A DNA stretch of 64,000 nucleotides. Origin: Carcharhinus longimanus. Its lineage: Eukaryota. The stretch spans positions 11,555,646 to 11,619,645 of the forward strand of contig JASCQW010000175.1 of the NCBI GenBank assembly GCA_030264375.1. The letters run 5' to 3'. The translations under genes were made by a program, and so were the position numbers. The notes under the pieces are model-generated. The model saw only the letters and a list, made by a program, of their open reading frames with translations, had not been told where the DNA came from and searched no databases. Below are positions 24,336 through 37,589 of this stretch, piece after piece; the stretch's first letter is position 1; each line of letters opens with the position of its first letter.

Positions 24336-26799
24336 CTCTTGTTAAGGAGTTTGATGCGTTCTTCCAGGTAGAGAAAAACAAAAACATGAGATCCTTTGAC
24401 TGCTGCCACAGCTCATTATCTAGAGGGCTGGCAGGTGCTCTTGCAGTAACCTCCTCAGGTCTGAGGATGATGAGAGGGGGGTCTTAAAAAAAACTTGCAT
24501 AAAAGATGTTTATTAAACTGCTAGTAATAATCTGATTCTTTCAAAACTGAAATGCTATTGGAAGCAGAATGCAGGGCTTATCAGAATGTAACAGCATTCT
24601 GAGTATAAGACTAAAGATTTCAGATGACTCTCTTTTTCTTCCTAGTTCCGCTCTTTTATTCTGGATTCCTAGTATTCATACTAAAATGGATTAATTGGCA
24701 AGTGTGGATCGCTGAATAATTATTTGTTTTGGCAAGATTACTACACTTTTTCCTGGAAACATTTACTTTGTTTTCTTTAATGCATTATGATGTTTAGAAT
24801 TGCTGTTGTAACTTGGTTTCAAAAGCAATGCATGTCTGCTACCACCTACAAGGCAGTAATGTGCTGTAAAATGATAAGGGTAAGGAAATCTGAAATCCTA
24901 GTTAGGAGGAGAAGGTGGGCCATGTTACAGTGGACACTAGTGTTAATGAAATAGAAACACCCACTAACAAAATAGTTAGTGCAAAGATTTCTGATATCTG
25001 TAAAATTACGTTCCACACAGAGCGGATCAAGCGTGCTAGTAATGAGGACACCAGACATCTTGGAAGTAAATCGGCTGCAGCAGTGGAAAGTTCTGCATGA
25101 CGCATGCTGAAATGTGTTTTTCATTAGCAACTGCCTTTGGCAAATTCTGTAAATTTCTTTACCATTGCTTCTGGAGCTCTTTATGCAATTAACTCTATCT
25201 GCATTAAACATTTTATGATTTTCTTTTGTGTTCCTTAAGTGTTAGCGATATCTTCAAGTAAAATTCCTTTTGAAAGGGATGAACCTCAATCAAATAGAAA
25301 TCCAGTACCAATTTACTACTAAGATGTCTAATTTATATTAGTTCAGTTTTGGCAAACAGATTTGAGTGCCTCATGGTAATGGAACACAATTGTAAGAAGA
25401 ATAAGCATCGTAAAACATGCTTGATATAAGCTAAGATGAAGTTTTAATGAACAGCAAAATCCAGGGTCTGACACACAGTCATTTCTTGTTTATCTTTTTC
25501 AACCCACTCACAACTGCCGAAAAAGAAGTACTGTGATAAGAATGAACAGCACAAAGGACAGAATCAGTATTTGGTGTATCAGTCTCATCATGGTGATAAT
25601 CAAACTCTGAATTTCAGTATTTTGTAAATAAAATTTGCCCTTTTTCCCCATGACTGAAAGAGGAAATGTCTCACCTTGTGCGACGCTCAGTTATTCTGTA
25701 ATCTAGTTAAGATTTGGTTCCTGGTCTGTACTGAATCAGGGAATTGAAGTTGGTTGACAGAGAAGGCACCACAATTGGTTTCAGAGTCCTGGACTCTGCC
25801 AGAGTCCCACTCCTGATGAACATCTAGTCACTGCATTAGAAAAGAATTCTATAATGTAAATGAAGTTTCTACAATATCTTCCATTTTCGAGTGCCTGTCA
25901 CTTACAAGATCCACACTTCAGGTGTTCAGCCTCTGAAAAACAGCATTAAACATGATTGTTGCTATTATTGTCAGCAATTTTCTGTTAAGACTATTTCAAG
26001 GCACTCTCCTTTATGTCAGTTGTAAAGGAAGCAAAAATGACCTTCATACAGCTCTCTCCGAGATTTATATTGTAGTTGATGAATAGACTCTAATTTTCTA
26101 AGTCTGCCTCCAAGCCTCCCAACAACCGACAAGGAGTGCAGGCAGATGACAATATAAAAGTTGATTTGAATCAACTTTGCAAATTTAAAAAATTGAAATG
26201 GTTAGTTTGAGATTTGACATTGAACCAGTTCTGTGCATCAGTGTGCTGCGTGTCATGGTGCTGGTTTGAGTTGAGATGCAAGCGTGCTGACTCACTGAGC
26301 TGGCTCGTTGCATTAACAGTCCGGAGGGGAACTGGGTATTCCAAAACACAAGGCGCACAGCAAATATGGGTTTGTGGTTTGTGGCAGTCGAACTGTGTAT
26401 TTTCAGGATTACCATTAACGATGGGAAACTCTTGTTGACAGTCAGTAGCATATGTATAAATCGAAAATGTTTTTACAGTTAGAGAGGAAAGTGAGGAAAT
26501 TGCAAGTGCATATTGTAGTTCCCCAATTGAAGTGCTGATTCACTAAAGCAGTATTTTGGTTCAGAGGCAGAATGGAACAAGGTTATTGTATGCGTCACTG
26601 TGCTGAGTCCCAAAGGGAGAAAATTACTTACATTAATGCAATATTTAATTCAGGACATCACAAAATACTTCCTAGCAATGAATTACTGTTGAATTGAAGT
26701 CTAGAGAGCAACATTTTGCACACATCACCTTCCTGCAAAATCATAGCTAATAATTTAATCAGTTTTGATATTGATTGAAAGCAAAAGCAAGGAACCTTT

Positions 26800-27380
26800 T
26801 ATACAACATTGTGCAACATTAACTTCTACTTCTGGGCACCACTGTTTAGAAAGGATTTTGTGAGGGTCTGGAAATATTTAGGAGAATAATTCCAGGGATG
26901 ACGGACTTAGTTACTTGGATGAATTGAAATAGGTGGGACTGTTTTCCTTAGAGAAGAGAAGTTTGAGAGGAGATTTGATAGAGGTATTCAAATCATGAGG
27001 AGTCTGGACAGAGTAGGTTGAAATTGTTTCCATTGACGGTGGGCGCGGTGGGGGGCTGAGAATCAGAGAGCACAGCTATAAATTGATTGGCAAAATAACC
27101 GGAGGTGACGACAAGAAGAACATTTTTACACAGAGTGGTTAGGATCTGGAATGCACTGTCTTGGGTGTGTGATGGACGCAGATTCAGTTGTGGGTTTTAA
27201 GAGAAGTTTGAATTCTCTAGTTTTCTGAAGAGAAAAGGTTTTCAGAGCCTTGGGGGGGAGGGGGGATGTTGAGGGGGAGAAATAAGGCAGGGGAGAGTAA
27301 TTAGCTGCATTGCTCTGGCAGAGAGTGGGAGACAAGATCGGCCAAATGGCTCCTGAGCTACATCCATTCTTTGATTCTAA
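26800..27380 (+). mobile_element. Decayed CR1 LINE 3' fragment
   Basis: TTCTGGGCACCAC...GAGGAGATTTGATAGAGGTATTCAAA...CAGAGTGGTTAGGATCTGGAATGCACTG...TTGATTCTA tail. Confidence 0.7.
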
Positions 27381-27619
27381 AATGTTGGGAAATGGGAGAA
27401 TCAGTGTTCCAGTTCAAAAAATCCTACCTGTAAAGCAGGTTGTGGAATTCAGGCTGCTCCTCCATTCCTAGTTAAAGTAGCAGCCTAGAGTATATATTCA
27501 AGTCATGAAGTGGGGCTTGACCAGATAGCCTTCTGACTCAGAATAAGAAGTTCCAGTAGCTGGGGCACACTGATGTTCAAAAGTACAAAATGGCTAATTC
27601 AACAAGTTGTACTGAATCA

Positions 27620-27757
27620 GAGAACGGACGAAGGACCATCCAGACTCTAAACGTTAGCTCTATTCTCTCTCCACAGATGCTGTCAGACCTGTTGAGATTT
27701 TCCAGCATCTTTCGTTATTGTTTCAGATTCCAGCATCCACAGTAATTTGCTTTTATC
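27620..27757 (+). mobile_element. Penelope-type terminal fragment, hammerhead core mutated
   Basis: CGGACGA...ACTC-TAAA-CG-TT followed by CTCTCCACAGATGCTG...CAGATTCCAGCATC...TTTGCTTTTAT. Confidence 0.55.
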
Positions 27758-30700
27758 TTAGTATGTTTTAACTCTGACTAAAAAAAAATGAACATTGGTA
27801 ATTCCACAACGTGAATGCAATGAGGGTAGATAACAGATGGAATATCCTGTTAATATCCTTTCACCATTGGGCATGGCACTTGTTGGTTTCACAGGATGGC
27901 AATACAAAATACTGTTCCACTTTTATGATGGGCTTAGAGATAATTATTTATTGGATATTCAATTCAGCAGTATGTAACTTTGTAGAATCAAGTTCTGAAG
28001 GAAAACCCTCCGTAATTTTCTCCATTGTTGTATTATAAGTTTATTCCATCTTTGTAAAGGAATGATGACTGTGATTAAGGCATGTTGTCCTTTTGTATAC
28101 AGAATTCATCACTCCCACCTCTCTCCCCAAGATAGACAGACAGAGAGAATTGATCCCTTGTTTATGGGTGGTTGTGGTTATTATGATGACCAAGTTGAAT
28201 GGAGTATTAGCGACTGGTCACATTGTCTGCTTCTGGCTGCTTATTGTCCTGTTTTTTTAAATGATTGGACTGTGAATCTCTCAAGTGGAAGCCACTAGAA
28301 GAAAATTAATTCAGTTAACTCACATAAAGAAACTAAACTGCTCTTGTGTTGCTATCAAAAGGCAATAATAGTGTAAACCCAAAGATTTTATTTTCTCTTG
28401 TATTGTGTGAAACTTGTTCTAGTGTCTCTGGTTCACTGGAAGTCCAGCCAGCTGCAAGGTTAATGTGAAATTATGTGAACTCACTGATACTGGTGATTGG
28501 CATGACCTCATGAATGGAGGCTATCCCAACTACAAGATATATAGAAGCATTGATTTCAAAAGCAAGAAATGATCTTGAATGTGTTCAAGACATTAATTAG
28601 ACCATGGCTAAAATACTCTAGGTACTTGTTTATCGGAAAGATATTTCAGCTATGGAAAAAGTACAGCAAAACTGCACTGAAACGATAGGTTGGATAACCT
28701 TTAACTGGCTTATCTTTTGTCCTTTGTTGTGACTTGTAGAAGCTACCCTGATGCAAGGTTGATTACTCTGCAGCTACCTGGTTTATCCCTCGCCTCGTTT
28801 TTGATCAGAGGCTTCATATTAGTAACTTTCAAGTTTTCAGGTGCAACTTTCATAGACAAGGATGCTGTACTATTAGCTCTCATTTTCTACCGTTTAGGAT
28901 TTTTAAAATTTAGACATGCACCAATTTTACAATACTCCGTCCTTGCTTGTAATTACCTTACCTCATTGATCTACTTCCTTGTACACTTTTTCTTCTCGCT
29001 ACTGTACAATTCTCTAAAATCAGAGACATTTAATATCTTCATCATATTTCCTTTTTCCTCTTCAATCAGCCCTTTTTCTCAGTCATGCTTTTAGTTGTGG
29101 CTTATTAATTCCTTTTCCATTTCTTATGTGATGATACTGTGCTATTAACATATTTTATGTTTAAGAGGGGATTGCTTTTAGAGGCAGTGTTTTGTTACAA
29201 GTGGTTGGCTTGTCTGACAGGAATGCAGCAGATTCTGAGAAAGCAGGATAATTATTCATTTTAGTCATGTAAGTGTTTATTTAGTAGAAGGCGAGGTATG
29301 CTTTTCATTAAAGTAATATGGTGAGTTAGCTATACAGGAACATAGTTGTGTGATGTTAAAAATGGGAGGACCTAGGTTTGTCGGAAAAAGCAGTTTAATT
29401 TTCATTTTAAAAATAAAGAGAGATGATTTCTGGAACGGGTAGAAAGAAGAGGCGCTCTTTCACTCTCTCCAGAAGTTTTCTCAAAGCTCCAATACTATTA
29501 ACAAAGGTTAAAGCAAGTATACCTGGGTTATGCTAACTGTGAAGTGTGTTTAAGTCTATAAAAGAAATATTGCTTAATTGAAACTAACATAGTGATAAGT
29601 TAAAACTTATTGTTCCTTTTCTGTAAGGGGATTTTCTGGGGCATCCCTCACAGCTAACACAAAGACTTGCAAAAGATAGTATGCAGTTAAAGATATTCTC
29701 TGGCATTCTTTTATTTGACCAACATGTATTGGGAGAGAGACAGTCACAGGATTCCAACTTTCTCTTTGACGCTACATCATGAGCACAACAGATGTATATT
29801 TCTGAAGATTCGATCCTCCTGTCCCACCTGTCATCCAAGCTGGATGGTCCAATTACATTAGTACACTTTACTTACTTTTAGCCAGTAGCTTCTTGCAGAA
29901 TTAGGAATTAATTTGTTGACTGAACCCAGAGGCTTCTTTCCCCCCCCCGTTTGCCTAATAATTGTTACCTACTCAAATCTGATAGGTTCCAGGATTGTTC
30001 CTAACACCTGCAGTCCTGGGAATGAGAAGGGAGTCACCTTTCTTACCTGTTTTCTGTCTCCTTATCAGTGGAGACTGAATACGCCTATTCATTGCAGCTA
30101 GAAGCTGAATCTTTCTATTCATTTCAAAGACCTTGGTTACTTGTAGCTGCCTGGCCTGCCCCCAGTAATAGGGTATATGCAGTATGCTTCATTGTTCCAA
30201 AAGAATGTGGTCTGTCTAATTAAACTTATTTCCCATATGCTAAGGGGTAAATTGCTTTTTGGCCAAAGCTCACAAGAAAATGCAAAAGGGCAGTTTAAAT
30301 CTATAATACTTATAAATAAACATTTTAGAACGTGTGTATATAGACAATACCTTCGTATAATATGTAAGTGAGGCACATTATGATACCTTTGATATATTGA
30401 AGGTGCACTGTGGTCCCTATTTTAAACTAATCTACTTTGTTTTAGTAGTCTCAAAATAGCAGGCGTTTCTGTATCCCTGCTACACTTTCATCTTGACTAT
30501 TGTTCAACTGTTAAGGGCTAAGCTAATTCATTTCTTATAGTTAAACTGTGTTGTTTAATAAAAGTCAGTAGAGCAATACATCCTATCCTCACATTTATAC
30601 CAAAATAGAAATATTGTTGCGGTCTAGTCTGGCTTCACAATATACCTTGGGATTCTGATCTGCCACCTTAACATTTGGCCTTTCTGATTTCAGTTTTTAT

Positions 30701-31272
30701 TTCCCCATGCCTCAAAATTGTATTTTCCCTTTTAACAATCTTTTCGACCTGCCTTGTCACTTTAAAAGATTTTCATTCCTAGATTTCTTCATTCCTCAGT
30801 AAGGATGGGTTTGCTTAATTTTACTGTTCTTTGTCACAAAATGTACAACTTTTCTCTGCATTGAATTCTTTTGCTACCTCTCTGCCCTTCCTGCTAACTA
30901 CAATCCTCTCACATTCTTCCCCACAATTTGTTACATGTATATTTGTTACATCTGGTATACGAAATGTCATCTTGTTGTTCCCAGAAGTTCAGGTAATCAT
31001 GCTTCTAGATTCTCAATGGATGGAAGCTGCAGCATTTATTTCTCAGATCACAGCAGGACTTGTATGTTGTTAAATAGAAAAACAAATCACCGCGGATGCT
31101 GGAACCTGAATCCAAAAGAGAAAATGCTGGAAAATTTCAGCAGGTCTGGCAGCATCTGTAAGGAGAGAAAAGNNNNNNNNNNNNNNNNNNNNNNNNNNNN
31201 NNNNNNNNNNNNNNNNNNNNNNNNNNNNNNNNNNNNNNNNNNNNNNNNNNNNNNNNNNNNNNNNNNNNNNNN

Positions 31273-31368
31273 GCTGCTCGGGACGAACCTTGACAAGTAC
31301 CACTGCATCTCACTCCAGACCTTCTTTGCAAAGGCACATTCCACAAGGAGGTGCGCGACCGTCTCGTC
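31273..31368 (-). mobile_element. Tx1/L1-clade LINE C-terminal fragment
   Basis: DETVAHLLVECAFAKKVW zinc-knuckle motif; abuts an N-gap. Confidence 0.7.
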
Positions 31369-31389
31369 AGTTACAATTAATAGAGTCAA

Positions 31390-31925
31390 ACATTGCAGAA
31401 AAAGACACTTTAGCCCATTGTGTCTGCGGCAGCCATCAAGCACCTATCTATTCTAATCCCACTTGGTCTGTAGCCTTGCACGATACGGTGTTTCAATTGC
31501 TCATCTAAATGCTTCTTGAACATTGTCCCACTCTATCGTCCTTCCAGGCAGTGTGTTCCAGATTCCCATAGCTTTTTCTCAAATCCCCTCTAAATCTCCC
31601 ACCTATTACCTTAAATCTATGTACCCTGGTTATTGACCTATCTACTAAGGGGAAAAGTTATTCCCTGTTGATCCTATCTATAGTCCTTCATAGTTTTGTA
31701 CAGCTCAATCAAGTCCTCCCTCAGTTTTCTCTGCTACAAAGGGAACTACCCCAGACTAATTGACCTCTCTTCATAACTGAAACACTCCAACCCAGGCAAC
31801 ATGGTGATGCATCTCCCCTGCACCCTTTCTAGTGCAATCACATCTTTCTTATAATGTGGGGACCATAACTTCACACAATGCTCTTGCAGTGGTCTTACAA
31901 GCATTTTATACAGCTCCATCATGGA
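31390..31925 (-). mobile_element. CR1 LINE 3' fragment
   Basis: Homologous to 7375-8148 (CTCCAACCCAGGCAACAT..., ACCTTAAATCTATG..., GTTCCAGATTCCCA). Confidence 0.75.
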
Positions 31926-32064
31926 ATCATAGAATCGCTACAGTGCAGAAGAAGGCCATTTGGCCTATCGAGCCTGTAACAACAACAACCCCACCCAGGC
32001 CCCATCCCTGCTCTTGTGCCTCAACTAATAAAGACAAATAGCCCGCGTGCTTTTTTAACCACTG

Positions 32065-32202
32065 GATAAAAGCAAATTACTGTAGATGCTGGCAATGGAA
32101 ACCAAAAGAGAAAATGCTGGAAAATTTCAGCAGGTCTGGCAGCATCTGTAAGGAGAGAAAAGAGCTGATGTTTCGAGTCCAGGTGCCTCTGTGTCAAAGC
32201 TG
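32065..32202 (-). mobile_element. Penelope-type terminal fragment (near-identical copy at 31075-31172)
   Basis: CCAAAAGAGAAAATGCTGGAAAATTTCAGCAGGTCTGGCAGCATCTGTAAGGAGAGAAAAG is identical in both copies; hammerhead core decayed (TTGACACA). Confidence 0.6.
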
Positions 32203-32927
32203 ATGTTATGTTGTTAGTTTGATTCACAAGTTTTAGTTTACCAGTGAGTGATGTGACACCTTGGGTATTATGCACACATCCGTATCAGCATATCTTTCCT
32301 AAATTATAATAGAGTAATAGGAAACTTCCACTTCAATTTAAGAACTCTTGGTACAGATCTGAGACACAATACTACCTTAATGTTGACAATTTGGAAAATA
32401 TGTGTTTTGAAAAGCTGTGTCTTGTCCCCAAGTTATCTCTCCACTCTTGTAGTTGCATTCCTTTAATATTTGCCATAATTTTTAATGGGTCTGTGTGTGT
32501 GTTCTCCGTGAGTTATCAGACATTTCAGGAAACGTAGATATTCCCATCTGTCACTTGTGCATCCATGCTGATTAGTCTGTTTCTTTTTAAGAGTAATTCC
32601 ATCCTCTGCTATGGAGGAGTACTGTTTACCTACTGCATTCTCGATGTAGATGAGCCTTTTCCTTCAGACAATGTTCAGTTGGCTTTTTCATGTTGAATGA
32701 GCTATCCAGGACAACATTGTGTGTGGGATAAGGGCACCGTTATGATGTTCTGGGTGGATGATGTTTAATATGATGTGACAGAGCTCTGTATTAATGCTAG
32801 TAGCATCTGATTTTTTTAAACCCAAACCTCCACTGTTATTGAAGCAGGGGTGGGTGGAGAGAAATGTCATCAGCTTTCACGGGCAATTATGAATAGCTCT
32901 TTGCTTGTAGAATTGTAAGTCTACCCT

Positions 32928-33058
32928 AGGTCACGTGATAAAATAGTAATTTTTTATTTTTCCTCTTAGAAGTATAGGATTTAGCAGTTGCTAGGCAACA
33001 GAGTAACTTATGACCCATAGTTTAGTGAGGGTCAGTAAAGATTCTGGACCTGAGGTCA
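32928..33058. promoter_or_regulatory. Candidate intronic enhancer (RFX X-box, E-box, nuclear-receptor half-sites)
   Basis: GTTGCTAGGCAAC 32987-32999; GTCACGTGA 32930-32938; RGGTCA/TGACCY half-sites at 32928, 33011, 33029 and 33053. Confidence 0.35.
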
Positions 33059-34417
33059 GGTTGTGACAAATTTTTTCTTTGTTTTGCCAGGATATAGTGG
33101 CTTTTTAAAATTTCTCAGTCTACCCCTTAGACCTTTCAACTCCTTAAGGCTCCAACCCTTATACACTGTACATTACCAACATGTTTAAAGATTAAGACCT
33201 AGTTTTATTTCAAGATTCACTTTAACCTTTCTCTTTTTTTAGTCATACCACCAGAGACGCAAACCAAACTTGTGACTAAGGAGCGGAAATACTCAAAAGC
33301 CTTTACTGCCTATATGTGTAAGCTGGGAGGCAGTATCTTGAAGTTAAACTCCATGAACTTTTTCTTAAAAAGTGCCCCTGCTATTTTGCTAAAAGCATCT
33401 CTATCCCTCATCTCCCCAAGCCCATGTGGATTACCTCGTATACATAAACCTTTTCCTTTCTCATTACTGAGTACAATATTTTTGCCATTTCCATCAGTCA
33501 GATTTTAGACCACAGGTTTACAACTGCAGTTATTGCTGCCCTCACGTGAGAATGGGTTGATGTTAGCAAGGGACCCAGAAATGTTTTGAAAATCACTGCT
33601 TTCCTAAACCACCACAATTTTTTTTCATGCCAGAGTAATATACTGCCATAATTTGTACACAGTTCTAGATGGTGCTGTTTGGAAGACATTAGTGAGCAAT
33701 GATATTGGTGTCCTACACATTCCGTTGTGTTACAGAGCTGGAGTACACTCCAATTGAGTCCAACGGGAGATGTCTGTAGTGAGGGTATTGGTTCTGTACT
33801 GCTAACCTGAGTGCTACAGAGTAAAAAGTTGTTGTAATGTGCCCTTAATTCTTTGTACCATCTCTTTGTATTTCAAAACCAAGGAATGGCAAATTGCTTG
33901 ATTCCTTCTATCTGGCCTTTGATATGTTAACATTTAACTTAAAGTTACTACAAAGGATTTCTAATTTAGCTCTTTGACAATATCTTCTGCAAAGGAATGA
34001 GAATAGAAAATGCTGGGAATGCACAGGTGTGTCAGTATCTGGAAAGAGAAAGACAGGTTAAGGGGTAGGGTTATGTCCTGGAGTTAGGAACCTGTCAATT
34101 CTCTTTGCTGATATTGACTCCGGTGTTTCGGTATTTTCTTGTATCTCAGTTTTTTAGTATTTGCAGTTTTTTTCTCTTTAGTTTGTGCTAGAGACAGGTC
34201 GTTATTCTAAAATTCCTGGTAATTTCTAAATGTTTTGGTTTTATAAATGAGCAGGTATTTTGCTGCAGTTATCTGCAGAGAACAATTCTTGCAGGATTGC
34301 GATTGGTTTCTGAATGTGAATGTGTCAGTCAGGTTATGAATGCTGCACATTTAAACCCTGTCCAAAAATGTCATGAGAAACGTTCCTCAAATGTCATTTT
34401 TCATTCATCTTTCTTAG

Positions 34418-34666
34418 GGTAGCCAGGAGCCAGCAGCCACCCCAGACGCTATGGTACAGCCGTATGCTACAGTTCCATTCCCTCCCCCTCCTCCTCCTCC
34501 TCCTCAGAATGGGATTCCAACAGAATACACTGTTCCACACACTCAGGACTACACAGGCCAGACGCCAGTCCCAGACCATACTCTGAATATCTACGCATCC
34601 AGTCAGACTCTTGGGGAACAGAGTGGCACAATTGCCAGTGTGCAGCCTGTATCTGGAACCGCCACA
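34418..34666 (+). CDS. RBFOX2: RBFOX2 common N-terminal exon (249 nt, [16 protein letters not shown]...VSGTAT)
   Basis: Acceptor tttcttag|GGT, donor ACA|gtaagt, 83 codons. The motifs [15 protein letters not shown](n)QNGIPTEY and VPHTQDY match RBFOX2. Confidence 0.93.
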
Positions 34667-35559
34667 GTAAGTCAAAAATCAGGCTTTAGTCTTCATCCTG
34701 CATAGTGATACAAAAAAAGTTTAACTTTCTATCTTATTTTAATGCTATCAGCACAAGCTTACTATTACATCCCCAAGAATCAGATATACAGAGCGCATGG
34801 TTTTACATGTAGGCAGTCATGCTATTTTTCCAGTTGGAGAAGTAATTTTGTAATTGACTAGCTCTAGCTATTTCTAATCCTATATTGCATGTTGAGTTTA
34901 GTGACCACAGCCCAAGGTTTGCATGCGCCCAGTTGCTCATAAATGAAACTTTAAAGAAAGACGCAGTTAGTGCGTATTGCATTCACAACCTTTTCAACTT
35001 GAGAAAACTGGCAATGATAAAATGCATTTTCTATTCATACAGGTCAATCAGACTGCAGCAAGAACCAAGGTTATCCACATTATATATGTGCTTACAATAC
35101 AATCTATACAGTCATTGAGATGGTATCAGTTTCTTTTGAGCCATCTAGCAAAGCTTCTGCCCTAAAAGAGATTTATTAATGCCAAGGACACTGGTGACAC
35201 AATGTTAACACCACAGTGTTGCCTCCTCGTGGGCTTTTGCAGCCTTGAGGGAATATAATCTCCACCTAAAAACATTTTATTGTGCTCAGCCATAGTTGTA
35301 TCTGTACAAGCTGGATTAAACTGTTAAAATTGTATAAAAATTGCCCGTATCTGAATTCTCCTTTCTAATTGTGCATCTAAACACCTATCCGCACTTTTAA
35401 TTTAAAGATATGTCAATTCATTTGTAAATAGCTTTTCACCCTTTTGCACCATGGTGATCTTGGCCCTTTGGGTTTTGAGAGAAAAGAAGAGAGCAAGCGT
35501 AAAGGATTCAGAGTGGTAGAAGGTGAAAAGTGGAGTTCTACATGGATCATCAGTGCTGG

Positions 35560-36585
35560 AACCACTGTTGTCCACAATTTATAGTAATGATTTACATTTT
35601 GGAATCAAAAACACAATTTCCAAACTTGCGAATGACACTGAGTTAGAGGGTGAGGACAGCAGCTATTTACAAAAGACATTAAAATAGTTGAAGAATGGGC
35701 ACAGAATTGCAAATGAGTTTCAACATCGATAATCGTGAGGTACCACATTTTGATAAGGGAAATAAGGGCATTCATTGGAAAGTAAGAAACTAAATGATGT
35801 AAAGGAGGAAAAGGATCTGGAAATATAAATATACAAATCACAAAGTAGTGGTGCCGGATTAATAAGGAAAGTACGAGAGTTTAAATCGATATCGACTGGA
35901 AGTGGAGAAGTTATGCTAAACTTGTTTTGATCCTTAATTAGAGAGCAGTTGGAGTACTGTTTATACTTCTGATTGTCATAGTATAAAAAAGAATGGTACC
36001 AGAAATGTGAGGTTTTATCTACGAAGAAAAATGAACAACTTGGGTCCTCTCTTTTGAAGAGCGAAGGTTGAGTGGTGACCATGTAGAAGTCTTTAAAATT
36101 ACAAAAGGTTAAGATAAAGTTGTGAGGAAGAGCAAAATTATAGGTCAGCAACATAAAATAGTCACCAAGAAATCAGATAGGAAATTCAGAATGTTTTTTA
36201 CTCGGAGAATGTTAGGTGGTGTTCCCACTCAGTTGGGTGGGTAGGTAGTCACAATGTACCATGGGAGCATGTTCATGGGATAAATGTCTTATGTGTAGCC
36301 ATGCAAAGTAATATAAAGGCACTGTGCACTTAAAAAAAAAGCCGCACAAAAAGAGCTAAATTCCAAAGGGAACATTGATGGTGAGAATGTAGAACTTATT
36401 AACATGGAGTGTTTGAGGTCAATAGTACAGATTTATTTAACAGGAGGTTAGGTGAATATTTGAGGGAGATGGAAATAGAGTAATACTATTAGAGGAAAGC
36501 TGGGAAACGGCTCAAGTGGAGCTCATATGTCAGCATGGAATTGTATGGCTGAAAGACCTTTTGTAGTGTTGTATATTCTATGTAA
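35560..36585 (+). mobile_element. Highly decayed CR1 LINE
   Basis: Remnants of SKFADDT, LEYC and RGDxxEVFKI motifs. Confidence 0.6.
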
Positions 36586-36649
36586 TGTCAGGAAGCTCTT
36601 TTTTAAACTAAGGAAGCTGAAGGTTTGGCACGCTGTTCTCCAAAATAAG

Positions 36650-36990
36650 AGAGGCAACGCTATAGTGGTATAGTCACTGGACTTGTAATCCAGAGACCCA
36701 GGGTAATGTTCTAGGGACCCAGATTCGAATCCTATTATGCGGAATTTGAATGTGATAAAAAGAAAATCTGGAATTTAAAGTCTACTAATGACCCTGAAAC
36801 CATTGTCAATTGTTGGAAAAACCCATCCAGTTCACTAGTATTCTGTAGGGAAGAAAATCTACGGTCCTTACCAGGTCTGGCATTCACATGACTCTGCACC
36901 CACAGCAATGTCCTCAGTTCAAGCACAATTAGGGATAGGCAACAAATGCTGGCGCAGCCGGTCACGTCCACATCCCATGAAAGAATTGAA
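36650..36990 (+). mobile_element. tRNA-derived SINE, second family, tail CACATCCCATGAA
   Basis: TAGTGGTA...GATTCGAATCC head; 3' tail shared with the LINE ends at 43290, 49515 and 62335. Confidence 0.7.
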
Positions 36991-37589
36991 GTGAGGACAG
37001 TTGAAAATTTTAAAAATGGAGTTTGAGGATGTTAAAGGATTAAATTATTATACAGATCAGCTGAAGTGCAGCATGCTTGAGGGGCTGGATGGCTCCCTCC
37101 TGTTTGCTAGATTTGCCTCAGTATTTAGCCTCCAGACAATCCAGTGGCTTTTTTTAACCCTATATGAAAAGACCTCCCTAACTCACCCAAAGTCCTGCCC
37201 TGGAATTTTAATCACTCCTTTGGCAGTCAAGCACACCACTGTCAAGTTCCTCTGCTCTGAGTTTCCTTCCCTAAACCCCTCTACATCTTTCTCCAACTTC
37301 AAGATGCTGCTTTAAATCTTTCTCTTAGACCAAGCTTTTGGTCACCTGACATGGTATCACCGTCAGTGACTTGTGGTGTCAAAAATACTTTTATTGGTAA
37401 GCATCTTGTGATGTTTTGCTCTGTTAACGATACTGTTTTGTGAAAGGGAAGTTTCATCAGCACGATAATTGATGTCTGAACTTCCATTTAACTTCAGCTT
37501 TAATTGTGGATGTACACAAACGAGAAATGAATTGATCCTATTCACATCTAATCTTCACACCAATTACTACTAGCTTAGGTACTTAACTG

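Noticed and set aside
29130-29600. Possible second LTR-like segment
   Set aside because: Composition is suggestive, but I could not define TG...CA ends, a TSD or a second copy.
32905-32920. tag|AATT|gtaagt 4-nt microexon
   Set aside because: Weak pyrimidine tract, frame-shifting, and expected by chance.
34667-34705. ORF extension [12 protein letters not shown] (and [10 protein letters not shown] at 42928-42960)
   Set aside because: Read-through past canonical GT donors into intron.
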